The notes beneath the pieces are model-generated. The model made no database searches. It had not been told where the DNA came from and saw nothing but the letters and a program-made list of their open reading frames with translations. The position numbers were made by a program, and so were the translations under genes. A stretch of DNA of 64,000 nt from assembly GCA_963776725.1 (NCBI GenBank), contig CAVZOE010000021.1:431931-495930 (forward strand), in the 5' to 3' direction. This document shows, piece by piece, positions 32,225 to 43,209 of the stretch (position 1 is the first letter of the stretch; each line of letters opens with the position of its first letter). This DNA comes from an uncultured Candidatus Rokubacteria bacterium (GTDB taxonomy: Bacteria; Methylomirabilota; Methylomirabilia; Rokubacteriales; CSP1-6).

Positions 32225-33138
32225 TCAGACGCGCGAGAGCTGGCTGCCGATGAAGCCGCGCATGAGCCCGATCGCCTTGTCGGTATCCGCGCTGGCGGTG
32301 CCGATGAAGCCGTGCCGCGCTCCCGGCACGTGCGTGCGCTCGATGGCTCCGCCGGCCTTGCCGGTAGGCCGCGAAGAACGCGTCGGTGATGGCGGCGGGG
32401 ACGTTGTCGTCGAGCTCGGGCTGCGCGAGCCAGGCCGGCGGCAGCACGCGGGCCTCGCCGGACGACACCACGCGCGTCACGCTGGCCTGCGCCATCGCCG
32501 CCTCGTCCGCGAAGTAACCGTGATGGGCGTCGATCAGGCGCTTGGCCTGAAAGCCCGTCGCCGTCGGCGGCTCGTCCTGGCGCGACAGCACGTAGCGATA
32601 GCGGGCCAGCGGGTCCGCGACCGGATAGAGCGCGATGACGAACAGGACCGAGTCGTCGGCCGGGCCCGCGCCGAGCGCGCCGTCCGGCAGGACGATCGGC
32701 GTGCCGGCGTGCTCGGGCGCCCCCGGCTTCACGGCCTGCAGGAGCGCCAGCTGGCCGCCGCTGGAGCTGCCCACGATGCCGACGCGACGCGGCATCGACA
32801 CCCAGGGGCTGTGCGTGGGCGCGCACGTAGCGCACGCCGGCGGCCACGTCCGCGCTGGCCGCCGGATGCTTGTGCTCGGGGCCCTGACGAAAGTCGAGCG
32901 AGACGACGACCAGTCCGCTGGCGGCCAGGGCCCGGCCGTGGACGGCGCCGCTCGTGCGATCGTTCCGGCTCCAGGCGCCGCCGTGGACGTCGACCAGCGC
33001 GGCGAGCGGCGCGGCCGGCTCGCCGCGCGGACGGTACACGCGCGCCAGGAGCTCGACGCCGCCCGGCCGGGCAAATGGCACATCGCTCTCGTCGACTTCG
33101 TAGGGCGCGCTCGGGTCGAAGCGAATGCTCACGGCCAT
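32225..33138 (-). CDS. Alpha/beta-hydrolase esterase, at least 2 frameshifts
   Basis: ..LVDVHGGAWS.. is followed by ..VGIVGSSSGGQLAL.. (GxSxG), with a C-terminal ..VPGARHGF.. Confidence 0.55.
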
Positions 33139-33201
33139 CTGGGCGTTCTCCTTTTCGCTGACGCGATCGTCGGCTTGCGAATCGGTCACCGGGCTTGGGC
33201 C

Positions 33202-34017
33202 CTCACGGTCGGACGGCCGGCGCGTCCATCTTCATCCCCGCCGCGCGCCACATCAGATAGAGCTCGAGGTCGACGAGCTCGGGCGCGCCGTACTCGTAGG
33301 GCTCCGCGCGCATGCCCGATCAGACAGTTGCGCAGCCGACGCTCCAGCGAGCCGAGGCCCTGCCACTCGAGGCGATAGAGCGGGTAGCCGGTCGGGTGCG
33401 CCTGCGGGATGACGTTGCCGGCGAGCTGCCGGCCCCAGTTGTCGTCGTGACACTGGCTGCAGGCGAGGTTGAGCTGGCCCTGGCGCCGATCGAAGGTGGC
33501 CCGGCCGGCGTCGAGGAACGGCTGCGTGCGCGCGTCGATCGCGACGTCGATCGGCAGGCCGCGCGACTGGCGCGCGACGTAGGCGGTCAGCGCGAGCAGC
33601 TCGCGGCTTTCGTAGGCGAGCGGCGGCGCCTGCTGCCGGTCGACGCGGCAGGCGTTGATGCGCTGCTCGAGGGTGATCGGCCGCCCGCGGGCGGCGTCGA
33701 ACGCCGGATGGCGCGCGGCGACACCCTTCATGCTCGCGCGGGCATCGCCGTGGCAGTCGGCGCAGGCCCGGCCGGCGGCGCCGATCTTCCGGTTCCACAG
33801 CGCCTCGCCCTCGAGCACCCAGAGCATGGCCGGGATTGGCGGTGTCGTCGTCCTGCATCGCGCGCGTCTCGCGGCTCATGAAGCTCGTAGCCGGAGCGGC
33901 GCTCGGCGCGCGGAATCTCGCCGGCGAAGGCCGACACCGCCATCGCGATCAGGACGCCGACCACGGCCGACGACGCGCCAGCGGGCGACGCCGCGGGCGA
34001 CTCCCGGAGGCCGCCAT
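33202..34017 (-). CDS. soxA: SoxA, diheme c-type cytochrome of the thiosulfate-oxidation system (frameshifts)
   Basis: Two CxxCH motifs are present (CADCH, CSQCH). The N-terminal region reads ..SGYEL/MSRETRAMQDDDTANP..LWVLEGEALW.. and the C-terminal region reads ..LRNCLIG/MRAEPYEYGAPELVDLELYL... Confidence 0.65.
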
Positions 34018-34341
34018 TCAATCGACCGCGATCGTGGCGCGACTCCGTCACCGAGAAGCCGTTGTCGCCGCGTCCACTGGAACGCGAGGGTGCCGCTCTC
34101 GGTGGCGACCGTCGAGAACGCGATGAAGGGATTGGCGGCGATCGCCGGGTAGAGCTCGGCGCGGAAGACCTCCGTGCCGTTGTAGGTGCAGACGAACCGC
34201 CGGATGATGTCGCGCGGGATCGGCGCGCCGAGCTGGGTGCGGCGATAGCCGGTCTCCATCGGGTGCGAGATCAGCGTCTTGATCTCGATGATCTCGCCGC
34301 GCTCGGGCCCGCGCCGGCACGTTGATCAGCGCGCGCGCCAC
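34018..34341 (-). CDS. soxZ: SoxZ, sulfur-carrier complex subunit (frameshifts)
   Basis: Motifs are ..EIIEIKTLISHPMETGYRR.. and ..PFIAFSTVATESGTLAFQW... The GTG start overlaps the soxY stop. Confidence 0.65.
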
Positions 34342-34829
34342 GGTCTAGAGCGTCCTCGAGGCACGCGGCGAGCGTGACGACGACGTCGGCGCGTGTCGGA
34401 CCAGAACGAGCCGTCGCTCAGCTCGGCGATCGCCGACGACCGTCTGGGTGTCGGCGAGGCGGATGCGGGTCGCCACGCGCGCCCGTCCGGCGCGCGGCCC
34501 GAGGCGGAAGCTCGACGACCTCGGGCTGCGGGTTCTTCTCGGTGAAGACGTGAATGGCCTTCACGTGGTCGGCCTCGGTCATCGGGCTCTCGACGCTGAC
34601 CGTGAGCGGCACGGTGTTGCCGTTCTCCGACAGCGGCGGCAGCTCGAGCTTCACCTTGCCCGTGTTGACGCGGGCCGCGCCGACCACCTTGCGGATGGCT
34701 TCCTGCATCGCCGCGGGCGTCGCGCGCGCCGGCGTCGACCGCGATGCATCGCCGCGAGCCCAGACCGGCCGCGGCGCCTCCGGCGGCCCGCAGGAATTCT
34801 CGCGACGCGATGCGCTGCACGCGGTCCAT
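34326..34829 (-). CDS. soxY: SoxY, sulfur-carrier protein with TAT signal (frameshifts; C-terminal Cys motif not cleanly recoverable)
   Basis: The TAT signal is MDRVQRIASREFLRAAGGAAAGLG. Further motifs are ..VKLELPPLSENGNTVPLTVSVESPMTEADHVKAIHVF.. and ..AIAELSDGSFWS.. Confidence 0.6.
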   Translation of the reverse strand: MDRVQRIASREFLRAAGGAAAGLGSRRCIAVDAGARDARGDAGSHPQGGRRGPRQHGQGEARAAAAVGERQHRAAHGQRREPDDRGRPREGHSRLHREEPAARGRRASASGRAPDGRAWRPASASPTPRRSSAIAELSDGSFWSDTRRRRRHARRVPRGRSRPWRAR

Positions 34830-35265
34830 TCAGTCCCTCAACGTCATCAGGAAGGCCACCACGTCCTCGATCTGCTCAGCGCTCAGGACCGGCTTGCCGC
34901 GCCAGGCCGGCGCCACCCGCGTCGAGCCCCTCGGTTCGATGATACGCCGGCATGATCGTCGTCGGGTTGATCCGGCCGGAATCGACGATCCGCAGCCGCA
35001 GCTGGCCCTCCGACCAGCGCGGCGCCCGCGCCCGCGCAGATCGGGCGCGAGATTGCCCTGGAACCGCTCCTCCGGGAAACGGCCCGCTGTGGCAGAGCAG
35101 GCACAGCCCGACCTGGCGGTTGGTGACGATGGCCCGCGCCGCGACCGGGATCGCCCGGCGGCGCCGGTGAGCGACGTGCGGGATCGCGTCGCTGCGTCCA
35201 CTGCGGCCAGCACCCGACCAGCGCAGCCAGACGCGCCGACGCACGACGGCCGCCGCCAATCTCAC
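34830..35265 (-). CDS. soxX: SoxX, monoheme c-type cytochrome (2 frameshifts)
   Basis: Motifs are ..[23 protein letters not shown], ..[27 protein letters not shown].. and ..[18 protein letters not shown]. The GTG start overlaps the fccB stop (GTGA). Confidence 0.6.
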
Positions 35266-36554
35266 CCGAAGACCTCGCCGGTGATCGTGCGGAACCAGGC
35301 CTCGGCGTAGGACCGCCTCGGCGGCGCGCGAGGCGCGCGGCGCGTCGCGCGGGCTGACGCCGCCCGCGCCGGGCACGTCGGCGAGCTGTCCGTTCGACGG
35401 CGCGTAGACGCCGGCGACCGAGATGCCGTAGTCGGGCGCGACCAGGCTGTAGCAGGTGTTGATCAGCTTGGGCGTGGGCGGCGCCGCCGCCCGTGAGCAG
35501 CAGCGCGACCGCCGCCGCGCACGTCTTGGCCTGCGAGTTCGCGGCGAAGGCCGACTTCGGCATGGCGCCGGCGATCGCGGCGTCGCCGATGACGTGGATG
35601 CTGGGCTGCAGCTTCGACTCGAACGTCGACCGGATCGATCGGGCACCAGCCGGTGCGGTCGGCGACGCCCGGCGACCTCGGCGATGCGGCCGGCCTTCTG
35701 CGGCGGGATGACGTTGGCCACCTCCGCCTTGTGCCGGCCGAAGTCGGTGACGAGCGTCCGGGTCGCGGCGTCGACCGAGGTGACGTTGCCGCCCTTGGAC
35801 AGCGGCACCCACTCGAGCAGGCCCGGGTAGAGCTCGGCCCAGGCCGCCTGGAACAGCCGCTGCTTGGAGAACGTGTCCTTGGCGTCGAGCACGATCAGCT
35901 TGGACTGCGGCTTCTTCGTCTTCAGATAGTGCGCGATCAGGCTCGCGCGCTCGTAGGGCCCGGGCGGGCAGCGGAACGGATTCGCCGGCGCCGAGATCAC
36001 GACGAGCCCGCCGTCCTGCATGGCCTCGAGCTGGCGGCGCAGCAGCAGCGTCTGCTCGCCCGCCTTCCAGGCATGCGGCATCTGCGCGGCCGCCGCCTCG
36101 TCGTAGCCCGGCAGCGCGCCCCAGCGGATGTCGATGCCGGGCGCCAGCACCAGCCGGTCGTAGGGCAGGCGCGTGCCGTCCGCGAGCGTGACCGACCGCG
36201 CCTGCGCGTCGACGCCGGTCGCGAGCTGTGCGGGCGATCGCGATGCCGTCGGCGGCGACATGCTCGTAGGTGAATTGCTGCGCGCGCAGCTCGCGCAGGC
36301 CGGCGATCACCGCGTTGCTGAACGGGCAGGCGGTGAACGTCGGGCTCGGCTCGACCAGGGTCACGGCGATGCGCGGGTCCGCCGTGCCGGAGCGCGCGGG
36401 CGCAGCTCGCGCCGGCGAAGCCGCCGCCGACGACCACGACCCGCGGGGCGGCGCCCTGCGCGAGCGTCGGGACCGGGAAGCACGGCGGCCGAGGCCGTGG
36501 CCGCGACACCGAGCTTCGAGGAACCGCGCGCGGATCCGTGTTCGTCGTCGTCAC
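35262..36554 (-). CDS. fccB: Flavocytochrome c sulfide dehydrogenase flavoprotein subunit (FccB/SoxF), at least 3 frameshifts
   Basis: The FAD-binding N-terminus is ..[13 protein letters not shown]... Further motifs are ..[17 protein letters not shown].., ..[21 protein letters not shown].. and ..[13 protein letters not shown]. Confidence 0.65.
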
Positions 36555-36844
36555 TTCTGCGCGGCGTACCAGGCGGCGATCGCCTGGATCTCGTCGTCGG
36601 TGAAGCCCTTGGCGATCCGGTCCATGACGGTGCCGGCCGCTGCCCCGAGCGGAAGTCCTGCATGGCCGCGACGATCGCGGCCCGATCGCTGCCCGGCGAG
36701 CCGCGGCACCGGCGACGTCACCCGCGCCGACGCGGGATGACATCCCGAGCACGACGCGGCGCCGGCCGGCGGCTCCGCCGATGCCGACGACGGCCGCGGC
36801 GATCGAGAGCGAGCCCCGATCGCCGCGGCCACGACCCTGCGCAT
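36551..36844 (-). CDS. Small monoheme c-type cytochrome (FccA/SoxE-like partner of FccB), frameshifted
   Basis: A single CSGCH motif is present. The C-terminus ..[25 protein letters not shown] is typical of class I cytochromes c. Confidence 0.5.
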   Translation of the reverse strand: MRRVVAAAIGARSRSPRPSSASAEPPAGAASCSGCHPASARVTSPVPRLAGQRSGRDRRGHAGLPLGAAAGTVMDRIAKGFTDDEIQAIAAWYAAQK

Positions 36845-36847
36845 CGC

Positions 36848-39046
36848 TTACACCATCGTGACGCCGTGGTTCTTCAGCGGGAACGTGCGGATGCGCTTGC
36901 CGGTCGCGGCGAAGATCGCGTTGAGCACCGCCGGCGCCGCCACGCAGATCGTCGGCTCGCCGACGCCGCCCCAGAATCCGCCCGACGGCATGACGATCGA
37001 CTCGACCTTCGGCATCTGCGCGATGCGCATCGAGTCGTAGGTGTCGAAGTTCGTCTGCTCGATGCGGCCGTCCTTGACCGTGCACTCCTCCATGAACAGC
37101 GCCGACAGGCCGTAGACGAACGAGCCGGCGATCTGGCGCTCGATCTGCGCCGGGTTGACCGCGTAGCCCGGATCGGTCGCGCAGACGATGCGATGCATCT
37201 TCGACCTTGTTGCCGTCCGCTGACCGAGATCTCGGCGCAGGCCGCGACGTAGCTGCCGAACGCCATCATCTGCGCGAGGCCGCGATAGACGCCCTGCGGC
37301 GCCGGCTTGCCCCAGCCCGCGCGGTCGGCCACCGCGTTCAGCACGGCGAGGTGCTTCGGGTGCTTGGTCATCAGCTTGCGGCGGAACTCGAGCGGATCCT
37401 GGCCGGCGGCATGCGCCAGCTCGTCCATGAAGCATTCGACGTAGATCGCGTTCTGGTTGATGTTCACGCCGCGCCAGAAGCCCGGCGGGACGTGCGGGTT
37501 GCGCATCGCGTGGTCGATCAGCAGGTTCGGGCACGCTGTAGCCGAACGCGAAGTCGCCGCTCGGGTCGAGACCCTGGAACGTGACCGGGTCGCGCCCGTC
37601 CTGGAGGCTTCTGCGGGCAGCACGGCGGCCAGGATCGACTGCCCCGAGATGCGCATGTGCAGGCCGGTGAGGTTGCCGCTCGCGTCGAGCGCGCCGATCA
37701 GCTTGCACTTGCGTGACCGGGTGATAGCGGCCGTGCGTCATGTCCTCTTCGCGCGTCCACAGCAGCTTCACCGGCGTGCCCGGGCATCTGCTTGGCGATC
37801 AGGACCGCCTGGCGTCACGTAGTCGTGGAACGCGCCGCGCCGGCCGAAGCCGCCGCCGAGGTTGATCTTGTAGACGTCGCACTTGTCGGCCGGCAGGCCG
37901 GACGCCGCCAGCACCGCCGCGAACGCCGCCTCGCCGTTCTGCGTCGGCACCCAGACCTCGCAGCGGTCGGCGCGTGTAGCGCGCCGTGGCGTTCATCGGC
38001 TCCATCGGCGCGTGGTTCTGGTACGGATAGGCGTAGACCGCCTCGACCTTCTTCGCCGCGCCGGCGATCGCGGCCTTCGCGTCGCCGTTCTTGTTGCCGA
38101 CGAAGGCCTGGTCGCGCGTCGAGGCCCGGCCTTCAGCATCTCGGCGATCGTCGCGCTCGAGACCTTGGCGTTCGGGCCCTCGTCCCACACGATCGGCAGC
38201 GCGTCGAGCGCGGTCTTGGCCTGCCACCAGGTGTCGGCGACGACCGCGACCGCGGTGTCGCCGACCTGCAGCGACGTTCTTGACGCCCGGCATGCCCTTG
38301 ACCTTGGCGGCGTCGAAGCTCTTCACCTTGCCGCCGAAGACCGGGCAGTCCTTGATCGCGGCGTTCAGCATGCCCGGCAGCTTGAGGTCGATGCCGTAGA
38401 CCTGCGTGCCGGTCACCTTGTCGACCGTGTCGAGGCGCTTGACCGGCTTGCCGATGATCTTCCAGTCCTTCGGGTCCTTGAGCGGCACGTCTTGTCGGCG
38501 GCGTCGAGCTTGGCGGCGGCCTCCGCGACCTTGCCGTAGGTGGTCGTGCGGCCCGAGGGCTTGTGCGTGATCACGCTGTTGGCGGCGCTGCACTCGGCGG
38601 CCGGCACCTTCCAGCCGTCGGCCGCGGCCTGGATCAGCATCATCGCGCGCGGTCGCGCCGCCCTGGCGCACGTACTCGTGCGACGTCGCGGATGCCGCGG
38701 CTGCCGCCGGTGGAGAAGTCGCCCCACACGCGCTTGCGCGCGACGCTCTGGCCGGGCGTCGGATATTCGGTCGTCACCTTCGACCAGTCGCACTCGAGCT
38801 CCTCGGCGCACCATCTGCGCGAGGCCGGTGAGCGTGCCCTGCCCCATCTCGGAGCGCGCGATGCGGATCACGACCGTGTCGTCCGGCCGGATCACGACCC
38901 AGGCGTTGATCTCGGGCGAGCCGTCCGCGGCGCGCACGACGGCTGGCGCCGAACGGGATGTTCAGGCCGAGGGCGAGCCCGCCGCCGAGCGGCGGCGGTG
39001 CCGACGATGAAGGAGCGGCGATTGATCTTCGGAGTCGTGCGATCAT
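36848..39046 (-). pseudogene. Molybdopterin-binding large subunit of a two-subunit molybdenum hydroxylase (IorB / aldehyde-oxidase / CoxL-like), TAT signal, many frameshifts
   Basis: GGGGGAGGAG RBS. The N-terminus reads ..KINRRSFIVGTAAA... Fragments on at least 5 frames include ..MRAADGSPEINAWVVIRPDDTVVIRIARSEMGQGTLTGLAQMV.. and ..GYAVNPAQIERQIAGSFVYGLSALFMEE.. Confidence 0.6.
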
Positions 39047-39057
39047 GGCTCCTCCCC

Positions 39058-39505
<448 letters not shown>

Positions 39506-39584
39506 TGGCGTTCCCCTCCCCGGGAGTCCGGTGGGAGAAATATCCAACAACGCGCTGCCGAAGGCAAGTTCGTGCTGGCGCGGG

Positions 39585-39785
39585 CTATTTCTTGATGTCG
39601 TTCACCGTGTTGTCGACCTTCCGGCCGGCCTTCTCGGCTGGGCCCTTGCCGATCAGCTTGTCCTGGCCGGTGACCTCGTCGACCTTCTCCCCGGCCTTCT
39701 GCATCGGGCCTCTCTCGCACCCCGTCAGACACAGACCAACGACCAGACTCGCCATCACCGCGGATGCCGCCATGCGCCTGTCCAT
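39585..39785 (-). CDS. Small lipoprotein (66 aa; lipobox LTGC), possible CsbD/YgdI-like stress lipoprotein
   Basis: GGGAGG RBS. The sequence is [23 protein letters not shown], followed by a K/E-rich tail. Confidence 0.5.
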   Translation of the reverse strand: MDRRMAASAVMASLVVGLCLTGCERGPMQKAGEKVDEVTGQDKLIGKGPAEKAGRKVDNTVNDIKK

Positions 39786-40011
39786 GCTCTCGACCTCCCG
39801 GCTCCCGGCAGGGAGCGCGTGTAGTTTCGTTCGCTGGTTCCTGGTATACGCACGCCCCATGCCAGGCGGACCGCGCAGAACCGAGGAGCGACAGAACCGG
39901 GGCGCCCCGGGTTCCCCGGGGCGCGACGAGCGCCGGGGGGTTTGGGGGCCATGTCGGGGCCCCCATGTCAATAAACCAAAAAAGTCGTAGGATGCGGTCC
40001 GCGGAGGACCA

Positions 40012-40684
40012 ATGGACGGCGTCCACGATCTCGGCGGGATGCACGGCTTCGGCCCGGTGGAGCGCGAGGAGAACGAGCCGCCATTTCACGGGCGCTGGGA
40101 GGCCGTGGTCGTCGCCATCGAGGCGGCCATGCTCGCCGCGGGCTGCTACAACATCGACGAGTTCCGCCACGGGATCGAGCGCATGGACCCCGCGCACTAC
40201 CTCGGCTCGAGCTACTTCGAGCACTGGCTGGACGGTATCGCGCGCGTGCTCATGGAAAAGGGCGTCGTCGACGCCGCGGATCTCGACGCGCGGACCCGCC
40301 TCTTCCAGGAGCGGCCCGACGCCCCCCTCGGCGCGCCGCCCGCGGGGACGGGGCCGGCTGCCGGCGCCGGCCGGCGAGTCCTGACCTCCTTTCGCACGCC
40401 GGTGGCCCCGCCGCGGTTCGCCATCGGCTCGGCCGTGACGCACGCGCACCATGCACCCGGCCGGACACACCCGGCTGCCCCGCTATGCGCGGGGCAAGCG
40501 CGGCGTGATCGAGGCCCACCGCGGATTTCACGTCTTCCCTGACACCTCCGCGCACGGCCTCGGCGATCAACCGCAGCACGTCTACAGCGTGCGATTCGAG
40601 GCGCATGATCTCTGGGGGGAGGCCGCCGAGCCGAACCAGCGCATCTACATCGACCTCTGGGAGAGCTACCTGCTGGCCGCCTGA
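40012..40684 (+). CDS. nthB: Nitrile hydratase beta subunit, one frameshift near 40440
   Basis: [24 protein letters not shown].. continues to the C-terminal ..[19 protein letters not shown].. Confidence 0.7.
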
Positions 40685-40707
40685 CGGCAAAGCCGGGAGA
40701 TCAGCGC

Positions 40708-41308
40708 GTGGGCAAGAACCATCCGAACGTCGACGACTACGTCATCTCGCGCGTGCGAGCGCTCGAGTCGCTCCTGCTCGAGAAGGGCTTGCTGGCTCCC
40801 GACGCCGTCGACCGCGTCATCCGCCGGTACGAGGCCAGCACCGGGCCGATGCTGGGCGCGCGCGCGGTGGCGCGGGCGTGGCGGGACCCGGCCTACCGCC
40901 ATCGCCTGCTCAACGACCCGACGGCCGCGCTCGGCGACTTCGGCGTGACCTACGACCGTCTCGTCGTGGTGGAGAACACGCCGGCCCGTCACAACGTCGT
41001 CGTCTGCACGCTCTGCTCCTGCTACCCGTGGGACGTCATGGGCCTGCCGCCGACCTGGTACAAGATGCCCGCCTACCGCTCGCGCGCGGTGAGCGAGCCG
41101 CGCCAGGTGCTCGCCGAGTTCGGCTCGGTCGTGCCGCCCGAGCGCGAGATCCGCGTCTGGGACAGCTCCGCGGAGCTGCGCTACATGGTGCTGCCGATGG
41201 CGCCCGCCGGCGCTGCGCGGCTGGAGCGAGGACGCGCTCGCCGCGCACATCACGCGCGAGGCGCTGATCGGCGTGGCCGAGGTGCACTTGCCGGACGGAG
41301 CGCGCTGA
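40708..41308 (+). CDS. nthA: Nitrile hydratase alpha subunit, cobalt type (VCTLCSCY), one frameshift near 41215
   Basis: The metal-binding motif is ..[20 protein letters not shown]... Confidence 0.7.
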
Positions 41309-41313
41309 GCGCG

Positions 41314-42264
41314 ATGTACGAGCGGCGCCGCAATCTGGTGGCCCGGTCCGACGGCCGGATGGTCAACGTGGCGCGCTTTCGCGGCCAGCTCTTCGTGTGC
41401 GCCACCGGCTGCTGCTGCGGGCGCACCGGCGACGGGTTCGCGGCGGTGCCCACCGAGCTCTACCACGGCGAGTGGGAGCGGCGGCGGCTGCGCAACGTCG
41501 TGCATCTCACCATCGGCGGCTGCCTCGGCCCCTGCGCGCTGGCCAACGTCGTGCTCCTGCTCTTCGACGGCCAGGCGCAATGGTTTCACTCGATCGACTC
41601 CGAGACGCTGGTGCGGGCGCTCTACGATCACGTCGACGCCATGCTGGCGGCGGATGGCTGCCTGCCCGCGCCTGCTGCCCTGGCGCCGAACCACTTCACG
41701 GGATCGACATGGCAGCCGCGGCCGGACGGACAGCCGGTGGACGACTTCCGGCCGCGCCGCCCGGCGTCGAACGGAGTCGAGCGTCCATTCGAGGTGCTGG
41801 CGTCAGGCGACGCCTGCCACGGAGCCGAGACGCTGACCGCCGATGTGTGCCACCCGGCGTCCAGTGCGTGCGATCCGGCGCCCGCCGCGCCGCGCCGGGC
41901 GACGGCGCCGCTCGACGCCGAGGACGGGACCGCGGCGCGCCTTCATCGGCTGCTCACGAATCTCGGCGATGCGACGGTGCCGCGGCGCAACGGCGAGCTG
42001 GTCTTCGACGAGCCGTGGCAGGGTCGCGTCTTCGGGATGGCCGTCGCGCTCTCCGAGCAGGGCCTGCTGCCGTGGGAGGAGTTCCGCCAGGCGCTGATCG
42101 CCCAGATCGCCGCCGCCGAGGCGCGCGGCGGTGAGTTCCGCTACTACCACGCCTGGCTCGCCGCGTTCGAGCAGGTCCTGGCGGCGCGCGGCGCGGTGCG
42201 TCCGGAGGAGCTCGAGGAGACCACCTTCCAGTTCGAGTTCGGCGAGCGCGACGAGGTCTACTGA
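41314..42264 (+). CDS. Fusion protein: N-terminal thioredoxin-like [2Fe-2S] ferredoxin domain plus C-terminal nitrile hydratase accessory (beta-homologue/activator) domain
   Basis: The N-terminal part reads ..[33 protein letters not shown]... The C-terminal part reads ..[50 protein letters not shown]... The 316-aa product is intact. Confidence 0.6.
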   Translation: MYERRRNLVARSDGRMVNVARFRGQLFVCATGCCCGRTGDGFAAVPTELYHGEWERRRLRNVVHLTIGGCLGPCALANVVLLLFDGQAQWFHSIDSETLVRALYDHVDAMLAADGCLPAPAALAPNHFTGSTWQPRPDGQPVDDFRPRRPASNGVERPFEVLASGDACHGAETLTADVCHPASSACDPAPAAPRRATAPLDAEDGTAARLHRLLTNLGDATVPRRNGELVFDEPWQGRVFGMAVALSEQGLLPWEEFRQALIAQIAAAEARGGEFRYYHAWLAAFEQVLAARGAVRPEELEETTFQFEFGERDEVY

Positions 42265-42283
42265 CGCTCGACCGAAGCCGAGG

Positions 42284-42544
42284 CTAGGCGATGAATTGCC
42301 GGCCGGCGTCGGACAGGGTCGCCGTTCGGGTGTTGACGTCGTAGTCGACCAGCCCCTCGTCCACGAAGCTCTCCATCATCTTCGAGAAGCCCTGGTGCGC
42401 GATCAGGAACCGCTCCGAGCTGTGATCGTGCATCTCGGCGAGCGTGGCGGCGGCGCCCTCCCGCTTCGACAGCCAGGTCAGCATCCCTTTGCGCGCCCGC
42501 TCGAAGTACGCCTTCTGCCGCTCCTCGGACACTGGCTCCGCCAT
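42284..42544 (-). CDS. Small hypothetical protein (86 aa)
   Basis: A clean ORF with balanced composition, lying between convergent neighbours. I recognise no domain. Confidence 0.35.
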   Translation of the reverse strand: MAEPVSEERQKAYFERARKGMLTWLSKREGAAATLAEMHDHSSERFLIAHQGFSKMMESFVDEGLVDYDVNTRTATLSDAGRQFIA

Positions 42545-42635
42545 GCTCGCTCCTCCTGATGCGTGGATCGGATCTCGAGCGCACAGCCTACCCGATCCGC
42601 GGGCCCGCGCGCAGGCGGGCCCGGCGCAAAGCCGC

Positions 42636-43084
42636 CTAACGGCCGAGCACGCGCTCGATCTCGTCGAGATGCTCGTCCCGGTGCACGGCGCGGATCAGGT
42701 TGAGGGGCCCGCCGGCCCGGACATTCTGCGTCACCATCTCGTCCGACAGCGTCTCCACCAGGCGGTCGACGACCCCCGCCGCGCGAACCGTCAGGTCCGC
42801 GGCCAGTCGCGGTGACAACGCCAGGAACAGTGGCTTCGACGCGTCGTTGATCCAGTCGACGCTGGCGGCGTCTTCCACCGCCGGGACGGTCCCCGTCGAC
42901 CGCCATCGCTCGAAGAGGACCTCGACCCGGTGGTCCCAGAACGCCACGTGGGCGAGCACCGAGGCCACGGTCCATCCAGCCGGCATCGTCTGCGCCAGCT
43001 GACCGTCGGTGCAGCGGGCCACCAGCGTCTCCAGACGCTGTCGCGAAGTATTGTTCCGCGCGACGTAGCTTCGATCGACAGCCA
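42636..43084 (-). CDS. DinB/YfiT-like (DinB_2) metal-dependent four-helix-bundle protein
   Basis: GAGGAGGGG RBS. The motif is ..WTVASVLAHVAFWDHR.. Confidence 0.5.
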
Positions 43085-43209
43085 TGTGAATCCCCCTCCT
43101 CGTCGGGATACCTCGGTCAGCAGTGTCGCACGCCCAGGCTTCACGAGCAGGACATCGATACCCGCACGCACCCCGCCAGGCCGGCGCGGGATGTGGCATG
43201 CTGTTCGTC

